Assembly: GCA_963803145.1 (NCBI GenBank)
Contig: CAWDLW010000007.1
Span: 1-22,155, forward strand
Origin: Methanotrichaceae archaeon
GTDB taxonomy: Archaea; Halobacteriota; Methanosarcinia; Methanotrichales; Methanotrichaceae
Length of the DNA stretch: 22,155 nucleotides
Direction: 5' to 3'
How positions within the stretch are numbered: the first letter of the stretch is position 1; each line of letters begins with the position of its first letter. A program made the position numbers and the translations under genes. Below, one piece after another: positions 8,163 to 15,766 of the stretch. Below the pieces are notes generated by a model. That model was given only the letters and a program-made list of their open reading frames with translations, was not told the DNA's origin and did no database searches.

Positions 8163-8921
8163 TTATAGATGATCGCTGACTGAGTTATCCGCTACCTGGT
8201 TGATCGAGCCTCCGATATTGCTATTAGCTCTTTGCAAATCCGTCTGAGCGGCATCAGTATTAATGAGCGAGGCTGTATTATCGCCATCCTGGCTGATCAT
8301 GCTGCCCAGGTTGAAGTTTGCATCCTGGATTGTCGTCTGACTGGCATCAACTGACCCTAGAACATCGAGCTCGAACTCCCAAGACTGTCCTATATTGCTG
8401 AGTGTGTTATCGTTTGCATTTTCTACATCAAGTTGGACTAAATTGGCGCCATTTCCCATAGCATCTATAATGTTATCGCCATCTTGGTCGATTAAGCTCT
8501 GATCGTTTTTGTTTGCAATCTGTATGTTGGTCTGAATTGCAAATGTACCTATGCCAGTTAATGTCGCATTATTCGAGTTACCTTGCGTTATTGTGCTAAT
8601 TAAGTTTTCATTAGCAGCCTGCTGGTTGATCTGATCTATATCCATACCACAGCCGAATAAATTCAAATTATTCTCGTTGTCCTGCATTATATTAACGCCA
8701 GGTTTGTTGCCAATTGCATCCTGATCGCTGATCATGGATATTGCGTTTGAATTGCCTATAAGAAGTGCGTCGTTGCTGGTAGTCTGGTTTATAATGTTAT
8801 TAAGATTACCATTTGCATCCTGAGTATTTGTTTGTATTATTGCATTGTTAGCTAAAGCTCCCGATGCCAATACCATTAAGGATAAAACCATTAACACAAA
8901 ATATTTGTTCATCTTTATCAC
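8163..8921 (-). CDS. Secreted Asn/Gln/Asp-rich repeat protein (curlin/Fap-like beta-solenoid candidate)
   Basis: Signal peptide ending ALA; seven repeats of about 33 aa, Q-x3-Q-x-A-N-x-N-x2-S-x-I-x-Q-x3-N…G. Confidence 0.8.
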   Translation of the reverse strand: MIKMNKYFVLMVLSLMVLASGALANNAIIQTNTQDANGNLNNIINQTTSNDALLIGNSNAISMISDQDAIGNKPGVNIMQDNENNLNLFGCGMDIDQINQQAANENLISTITQGNSNNATLTGIGTFAIQTNIQIANKNDQSLIDQDGDNIIDAMGNGANLVQLDVENANDNTLSNIGQSWEFELDVLGSVDASQTTIQDANFNLGSMISQDGDNTASLINTDAAQTDLQRANSNIGGSINQVADNSVSDHL

Positions 8922-9161
8922 CGCTTGCTGATCAAACTTCTCTGGGCTTAGAATGCACAGATAATCGATATAATTTCTACCTTATTTTATAAATTATTTT
9001 TGAATTTGTGGTTAGAATAACACTTAAAAATGAAAAAGTTAAAATAGTTTATCGTTTATGATATTGGCCGTAAATAAATATACGTATAAAAGAGATGGTG
9101 GATTAATAGCCCTACTTTAGGTTATTGAGAACTTTAGGATTTTTCTAAAATAGAAAATTAT

Positions 9162-9189
9162 AAAGACGGCATCTGGGTGTGCCGTCTTT
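9162..9189. terminator. Perfect 10-bp stem-loop, terminator-like
   Basis: AAAGACGGCA (9162-9171) pairs with TGCCGTCTTT (9180-9189), 8-nt loop; T-rich tract follows on the minus strand. Confidence 0.45.
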
Positions 9190-9538
9190 GCTTGATTGGT
9201 TGGAGGATAGCGTTTACCTTAATATGAGGAGTAGCCCACCTGGCCGCCCATCATGTAGCTGCCATAATTGCCGTAGTTCGATTTGGAAGGCGCCAATCTA
9301 CAAATTTATAAGTCCATATAACACCAGTATTACTACCAAACTTCCCAACGAGGCTATGGATGATCTCACCTTTTCGTTAAATATACGCTTTCTCAACTGT
9401 GTCCCCATTGGTTATGTTAACCAAATTGCTATGACTTTCCGGCAATAGGCTGTTTGGGTATTCACTAAAAATAGCAGATTCAGAGAGGCTAAAAGCCTCC
9501 CTGAGACATATATCTATTTGATGGCTGTTGTCGGATTC

Positions 9539-10597
9539 CTAATAGCCAGGTGTTTGATACGTGCTTGATGACTGGTAATTGCTTGATGTCTGGCTATAGC
9601 CTGATTGCTGATTGCTTGGCGCCTGATAGCTGGATTGCTGGCTGCTTTGCTGATTATAGCCTGTCTGTTGGTAGCCGGACTGCTGATAGCCCGATGAGCT
9701 CATCACATCGATAACTACGGCGTTGCTCACCTTATCATCTATTATGAAAAGCAGTATGTACTGGCCGACTGTATTTGCATAGAAGTTCATCTGGCTATAA
9801 GGATTGAAGTAGTAGCTATTTGCAACTAGCTGGTTGCCGGGTGCTATCTCATAGAGATACCCATTGCCTCCTGCTTGTGAGATCGCTATGAGCGATAGGC
9901 TGGCGCCTTGAGGAACTACGACATATTGGGTCATGCCTGAAGTTCCCTGAATCCATAGGGAATTGCCCCCTGTATATGTTGCATAGTTCTGCTGGTATTG
10001 AGAATAAGGCATTGTGTACATCTGGTATTGATTGCTGGACATAGCATAATTCTGGGATGGGGCATAGGACACTGCAGACTTCGGAATGTAGAAGTAAACA
10101 GTGGTTGATTTCATGTTGCTCATCAGATAGTTTTTAGGAGTCGTGATATGGGTTGTTGGGGCTGATCCGCTGGGCATTGTATAGTATTGGGAATACACTG
10201 AGGACATACTATATGTCGGATCATTGCTCATATTGGCGCCTGATGCACCAATCATTGCAGACCCTTGCATAACCTGTATCTGGCCGTGCATTGTCGGATG
10301 GATTTTACAATGATATGCATAGGTTCCAGACTGGTTAAATGTATAGCTGTATTGGCCCCCATTAGGCATTATATTTCCCGAATCGAAAGCTCCATTATCG
10401 CTGGTTACTGTATGCGATACTGGATCCTGGTTTGTCCAGGTGACTGTAGTCCCTACAGGCACTGTAAGATTGTTCGGCTGGAAGGAGTAGTTCTGGATTG
10501 TAATCGAATTGTTCATTTGTGCTAACGTACCGCCGATTGACAAACATGCGAAAAAGATCAGCAGTGCTGCAAACGAATGGCATCTACTTATTTTCAT
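9539..10597 (-). CDS. Secreted plastocyanin/amicyanin-like cupredoxin with Ser/Tyr/Gln-rich linker and tail and a beta-rich C-terminal domain
   Basis: Signal peptide; F.P..LTVPVGTTVTWTN.D..SHTVT…G.Y.YHCKIHPTMHG (H/C/H/M ligands); NSLWIQG…SNAVVIDV domain; (Q)QSGY-type repeats at the end. Confidence 0.9.
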   Translation of the reverse strand: MKISRCHSFAALLIFFACLSIGGTLAQMNNSITIQNYSFQPNNLTVPVGTTVTWTNQDPVSHTVTSDNGAFDSGNIMPNGGQYSYTFNQSGTYAYHCKIHPTMHGQIQVMQGSAMIGASGANMSNDPTYSMSSVYSQYYTMPSGSAPTTHITTPKNYLMSNMKSTTVYFYIPKSAVSYAPSQNYAMSSNQYQMYTMPYSQYQQNYATYTGGNSLWIQGTSGMTQYVVVPQGASLSLIAISQAGGNGYLYEIAPGNQLVANSYYFNPYSQMNFYANTVGQYILLFIIDDKVSNAVVIDVMSSSGYQQSGYQQTGYNQQSSQQSSYQAPSNQQSGYSQTSSNYQSSSTYQTPGY

Positions 10598-10774
10598 AAT
10601 TTAACCTCTGCTTTCGCTTTATCGAAAAGCAGTTATAATATTAACCGAGTTCAGAATAAATAGTTTTTGTAGATGTTGTCAGATGATAAAAGCCCAAGAG
10701 GCAATAGCAATGTGAGAGCAAGAGGCAAACCTCTGGAATAGCAATCCAAATTGATATGACTTGATGAGCGGTTG

Positions 10775-11029
10775 TTAAATTAGTGCTATCTCTTTTTGGA
10801 TGCTCTTAAGGCCTCTCAACACTTCGCGCCCTCTCTCTGTTGTTTTATATAATGTTCGGTCACCATTTAGTATCTGTAGTAAGCCTATTCCGATCAGCTT
10901 ATTGAGGTAGGAACCTGCCGTCTTGAAATTCATATTTGTCTGATAAACAATTCTCGTCTTGCTTGCGCCGACTATACAAAGTTCCAGGATATCAGCAATG
11001 ACGGTCTCTTTGCTTCGTTTCAAAGCCAT
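10775..11029 (-). CDS. Archaeal winged-helix (HTH_45/ArsR-like) transcriptional regulator
   Basis: KRS….I.DIL..C..GASKTRIVYQTNMNF…..YL..L…GLL……YKTTERG; GGAGG RBS upstream. Confidence 0.88.
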   Translation of the reverse strand: MALKRSKETVIADILELCIVGASKTRIVYQTNMNFKTAGSYLNKLIGIGLLQILNGDRTLYKTTERGREVLRGLKSIQKEIALI

Positions 11030-11219
11030 ATAGAAAACGCCCTCCAGTTGATACTATGAATATGTCATGTGATATCACTAAAACCTTATGTACTTTTGAT
11101 CAGATCTATTATTTATGAAATGATTTTAGGATGTATATCCGTAGGCAGCATAAGGTAACCAAATGAACTATCAAGAGATCGCTTGTAGCTCCTGGAAATA
11201 GCTGACATAGATGGTTCGA

Positions 11220-11385
11220 AGTCATGAGGGGATGCATTAACAACAGTTAAGGATGCGAAGGGACATTGGGAAAGATAAGGAGGAGAAATGATAGTTCTAC
11301 CTTTGTCCCTTCGCCTGCCACTGTGGATGTAAGGAGGGAACCGGAAACGCCCAAGATATAGAGCTGGTTCCCTATAATGGCATTA
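11220..11385 (-). ncRNA. Candidate small RNA with two hairpins and CCUCCUUA motifs (strand uncertain)
   Basis: 11-bp stem 11255-11265/11304-11314; 10-bp stem 11335-11344/11364-11373; BRE/TATA-like AAAAATTTAAATA on the minus strand at about 11406-11418. Confidence 0.4.
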
Positions 11386-11686
11386 AAGATACTATGAGGT
11401 AAAACTATTTAAATTTTTTATAAATAGGCAGGCAATATATTGTACGGCACTAGTATAGGGGGGCGCCATCCATGAAAAGGTATAGGGCGAAAGACATATG
11501 GCTTTTAATTCATTTACAGTATATAAATTTTACGATATTATCTAGCTAAGATACCTAGCGTAAGGATCTTCGAAAAGAGTATTGGCCTTGTGTTCTATTC
11601 TTATCTCATTATTAGTATAAATGATATCGAGAGGTTTAATCGACTTCTCTCCAATGGTTTATGATATTATCCGCCTGAAACCGAAT

Positions 11687-12826
11687 TTAGCGATTGCGGA
11701 GATAATTTTCTAACCTATTCAATCCCTCTTCAATCCTCTCCATCGAGTTCGCATAAGAGAATCGGAGGTATCCTTCTCCGTTCCGCCCGAAATCTATGCC
11801 TGGCGTAACTCCAACATGCGCCTTTTCCAAGATATCAAAGGCCAGCTTGTAAGAATCTGTTGAGATGTGCTTTGCATTTGCGAAGATATAAAAAGCCCCA
11901 GTTGGCTCAACTGTTATGCCGAAGCCCAGATCCTTGAGGCGCTTGATCATAAAGAGCCTGCGCTCGTTGTAGATTTGTTTCATTCGTAATATGTCCTCAT
12001 CAGAATCGATCAATGCAGCAATGCCCCCTGCTTGAGCAAGAGAGCTAGCGCAGATGAAGAAGTTCTACTGCATCTTCTGAATAGGTCTTATAAACTCCTT
12101 GGGTGCGATAAGGTAGCCGAGCCTAAGGCCTGTCATGGCATAAAGCTTCGAAAAGCCGTTCAGGACGAAGGCATGATTAGTGAACTCAAGGATCGAGTGT
12201 TCCTTGCCTTCATATACCAGCCCGTGGTATATCTCGTCAGAAACAACGTAGGGCGAGAGCTGCGCTATGGATGACATAGTTTCTTCTGAAAGGAGATTTC
12301 CTGTAGGATTTGAGGGCGAATTGATTATGATTGCCTTTGTCTTATCTGTGATCTTCTTCTGAATAGCATCAGGATGGTACTGGAAGCCGTTCTCTTGGCA
12401 AACAGGCACCATAATTGGGACGCCGCCAAGGAAGCTAATGAAGTTGGGGTAGCAAGCATAGCCCGGATCTGATATTATCACCTCATCACCCTTTTCCAAT
12501 AATGATGAGAAAACAAGCATCATTGCAGGAGAAGTCCCCGAGGTGACCACGACCTGATCGGAGTCCACTGAAACGCCATACTTCTTTCTGTAATGTTGGG
12601 AGATAGCCTCTCTGAGTACAATGTCTCCACAGCTATGAGTATAGTGGGTATACCCTTCATCCAATGCCTTCGAGATTGATTCTTTAACAGAGGGCGGAAC
12701 CTCGAAATCAGGCTCGCCTACCTCCAGGTGAATGATATCAATCCCTTGTTTTTCCATAGCATGTGCTCGCTCAAGCACCTCCATCACAATAAAGGGATTG
12801 ATCTCTTCAGCTCTCTTTGCAATCAT
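11687..12826 (-). pseudogene. PLP-dependent class I/II (aspartate-type) aminotransferase interrupted by one in-frame TAG at 12065-12067
   Basis: GEPDF, NSPSNPTG, SDEIYH, GFSK.YAMTGLRLGY, P.GAFY.F, PG..FG…GYLRFSYA; both track ORFs are in the same frame, joined by QKMQ*NFFICASSLAQAGGIAAL. Confidence 0.9.
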
Positions 12827-12984
12827 TGTACATCCTCACTACCTAGTCTATGCTGTCCGAGGCATTAGACATCGGAGCTCAAGGTCTGGCCGGAGCAAAG
12901 CGCTTGGACTTGGATATCCAATTTAGTCTACTCGTCGGCTTATATGCATTTTAGGTCAGAGCATCAATAAATGTTTCGGAGCTT

Positions 12985-13090
12985 AATTAAAAGAAGAGAC
13001 GGCCCAGGATGAGGGGATTTGGGGATCTCTTGAGGGGATCTATGACCCTGAGCCGTTAGTGGTAGCTTGTCCCTCCCACTTAGTATTAAT
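12985..13090 (-). ncRNA. Candidate ~100-nt sRNA with a C-rich AUCCCC(UCA) repeat loop
   Basis: Minus strand: GAAAGAG-TTAAATA promoter (TATA 13113-13119), 5' hairpin 13058-13080, 10-bp stem 12999-13008/13047-13056 (G-U pair only on minus), then CUCUUCUUUU. Confidence 0.5.
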
Positions 13091-13198
13091 AATATGAGAG
13101 TAATCATCATAGTATTTAACTCTTTCGATATTCAAATGCAGTTATCTTGTGGTTAATTACGATTGAGCCTTTAAATCAGATCCAAAAATCCTAATTGT

Positions 13199-14602
13199 TC
13201 AGCCTCTCTTCTCCTCTCCTCTGCTTATTGACATTACTCCAGCTATTGCAAGCAATACTAGCGAAACCAAAAGGGCCGAATCCATTCCCGCTATGAAATC
13301 TCTCGATATGCCGCCCGAGAGGTTTGTCGTTCCTATGAAGATCTCGAAAGCCACGGATCTGGGGATTGATGCAGAGGCCACAGAGATGGCCATAACGAAG
13401 CTTCCGAGGATTCCTATGTTCTGTAGCGTCCTCAGGAGGCCGGATATGCTTCCATAGGACCCAGCATGGGCGCTGGCCATAACAGCGCTATTATTTGCAG
13501 GGAAGAACATAGATGTCCCGAAGCCTGATATGGCCGAAGCTACCAGCACCAGATAAAGCGACGAATCCTGCGTCAGCATCAGATAAACTAGGATCGCGAC
13601 ACCTATGATTGCGATACCAATGCTGGCAATTGCTCTGGCTCCATATCTGTCCGATAATTTTCCCATAAATGGGCTAAGTAAGCTGCCGACCACATAGCCC
13701 GGTATCAGGAGTATTGATGCATTCAGGGGCGATAGGCCTCTCACGCCCTGAAGATACATGATTATCAGGAAGACGACAGAGAGATAGCCAAGTGATTGGA
13801 AGAATGATGCCATGATCGAGTACTTTAAAACCCTATCTTTGAATGCGCTGAAATCGACCATAGGGTTTTCTGATTTTGTTTCATAAAGTACGAAAATAGG
13901 GGCAATTATTGCACCTGCGATCATAGATATCATGTTAAATGTTGTGAGACCCTCTCCAGCGAAGTTCACTGCACCGAAGGATATAAGCGAAAGCGAGCTT
14001 GCTAAAAGTGCTATCCCACCCAGATCCATCTTTACATCGACGTGTGCAGCATCCTTCAGGTAAACTATCCCCAGGATAACGGCGATGATTCCAATGGGGA
14101 TGTTGATGAAGAAGATGTACTCCCATCCAAGAAATGTCGTGATCAGCCCGCCCAGAACTATGCCGATCATCGCCCCTGAGGTCCATCCCAGGGAGTTGTA
14201 TCCGAATGCTTTTCCACGCTCGTTTCTGGGGAATACATCGGCAATTATTGCGCCGCTATTCGCTTGGAGTAGTGATCCTCCAAGTGCTTGCAGCCCTCGT
14301 GATGCTATCAGCAGCTCAATGCTTGGAGAAAGACCGCAGAATGCGGACCCCAGGGTGAATATAGCGAATCCAGCATTGAACATTTTGCTTCTGCCATAGA
14401 TATCGCCCAACCTTCCAAGGGGTGTCGTCGCGACTGCTGAAACCAGGAGGTATATGAGTATGATCCAGATGGTCGTTGCGATGTCTGAATGAAGCTTCTC
14501 TGCTATCACTGGAAAGGCAAGTATTACTATTGTGCTGTCCAGAGCACCCATTAGGGTTCCGAGCACGAGAACAAACAAGGTTATTGTCTTTTTTGATTCC
14601 AC
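13199..14602 (-). CDS. MFS transporter, DHA2-like (14 TMS) drug/metabolite efflux family
   Basis: LDSTIV.LAFP, GRLGDIYGR, RGLQALGG, FP..ERGKA.G, GW.YIFFINIPIG, GKLSDRYG; GTG start. Confidence 0.93.
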   Translation of the reverse strand: MESKKTITLFVLVLGTLMGALDSTIVILAFPVIAEKLHSDIATTIWIILIYLLVSAVATTPLGRLGDIYGRSKMFNAGFAIFTLGSAFCGLSPSIELLIASRGLQALGGSLLQANSGAIIADVFPRNERGKAFGYNSLGWTSGAMIGIVLGGLITTFLGWEYIFFINIPIGIIAVILGIVYLKDAAHVDVKMDLGGIALLASSLSLISFGAVNFAGEGLTTFNMISMIAGAIIAPIFVLYETKSENPMVDFSAFKDRVLKYSIMASFFQSLGYLSVVFLIIMYLQGVRGLSPLNASILLIPGYVVGSLLSPFMGKLSDRYGARAIASIGIAIIGVAILVYLMLTQDSSLYLVLVASAISGFGTSMFFPANNSAVMASAHAGSYGSISGLLRTLQNIGILGSFVMAISVASASIPRSVAFEIFIGTTNLSGGISRDFIAGMDSALLVSLVLLAIAGVMSISRGEEKRG

Positions 14603-14716
14603 GGATTAAGCATCAATCCCGTATAGTTTATTAAACTTAAGTCGATCTTCGGGGCCGATACTATCATTCCTTTCTGATCAGGCGAGCTGAACATAGAGGT
14701 CATTGAGGGTTATTTG

Positions 14717-14742
14717 TGTAAGCCTATTATGTAAGCCTATTA
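14717..14742. repeat. Exact 13-bp tandem duplication overlapping a stop codon
   Basis: TGTAAGCCTATTA at 14717-14729 and 14730-14742. Confidence 0.85.
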
Positions 14743-15627
14743 TCTTCTAGAGTTTGTAGTCCCTGATGCCATATAGGCATTCTCAATCTCTCTGATCTTT
14801 TCCAAGCCCACTAACCTGTTGAACTCGTCAAACTTCATCATTCGATCTTCAAAGCCTTCTGTAGTGCCTGTCCTGTGCAGTGTTTCAAAGAGTTCTTTGA
14901 CAGCCTTGGCTATTGTGTAAGTGCATGCTGTTGCATAGGCAGCAACTGAATAGCCGATCTCCTGCAGCTCTTTCGCAGTGAGCAAGGGAGTTCTTCCCCC
15001 CGGCAGCATATTCACCATGTGGGGAGCATCCACCTCCCTGATTATCCTTTTCATCTGATCAACAGATTCTGGTGCTTCCACAAATATCAGATCTGCCCCA
15101 ACATCTCTATACAATTTGGCTCTGTAAATGGCATCATCAATGCCGTTGACTGCTAGCGCATCTGTTCTGGCCATTATCACAAAATCGGGATCCGACCTTG
15201 CATCCATTGCAGCCCTAATTTTGGCTGCCATCTCCTCCGGGCTGGTGACCTGCTTTCCTGCCATATGGCCGCACCGCTTTGGCTGAACCTGATCTTCGAT
15301 GAAAAGCCCTGCTACTCCTGCCTTTTCAAAGAGCTTTACCGTTCTTATGACGTTGGTGATGTTTCCGTGGCCTGTATCACCATCTGCGAACACAGGAATA
15401 TCAGCGGCATCAGCTATCCTAGATGCAACTTCCACCATCTCCGTTAGCGTAAGCAGTGAGACATCGGGCTTTCCCAAAAGTGTGGCACTGTTCGCATAGC
15501 CGGCGGTAAATATAGCTTTGAACCCTGACTGTTCTGCGATTTTGGCGCAAAGAGCATCGGGGACTACGGGGATCATGAGGATCTCCTCATCATTTATGAG
15601 CCTTCTCAGCTGCGTTGTCTTCTTCAT
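14740..15627 (-). CDS. Isocitrate lyase/PEP mutase superfamily enzyme (2-methylisocitrate lyase / CPEP phosphonomutase-like)
   Basis: ADGDTGHG, IEDQ..PKRCGHM.GK, ARTDA, GAD.IFVEA. Confidence 0.93.
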   Translation of the reverse strand: MKKTTQLRRLINDEEILMIPVVPDALCAKIAEQSGFKAIFTAGYANSATLLGKPDVSLLTLTEMVEVASRIADAADIPVFADGDTGHGNITNVIRTVKLFEKAGVAGLFIEDQVQPKRCGHMAGKQVTSPEEMAAKIRAAMDARSDPDFVIMARTDALAVNGIDDAIYRAKLYRDVGADLIFVEAPESVDQMKRIIREVDAPHMVNMLPGGRTPLLTAKELQEIGYSVAAYATACTYTIAKAVKELFETLHRTGTTEGFEDRMMKFDEFNRLVGLEKIREIENAYMASGTTNSRR

Positions 15628-15766
15628 CCGATCATCCGTTGAGTATCAATTCGGACTGAGCTTGAATAGCTTTTTATTAACCTCTACCTATATGGTTCAA
15701 AAATCCTTAAGAGGATGGGAATAATATTCTTGGCGCCTGACTTAATCGTAAGATGGAGGGATAGAG

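Noticed and set aside
9179-9448. 89-aa plus-strand ORF
   Set aside because: GTG start lies within a hairpin, with no RBS or motif, and is opposite to the local gene orientation
12830-12975. Possible riboswitch in the aminotransferase leader
   Set aside because: Only short stems (GTCTATGC/GCATTAGAC) and no recognisable aptamer consensus
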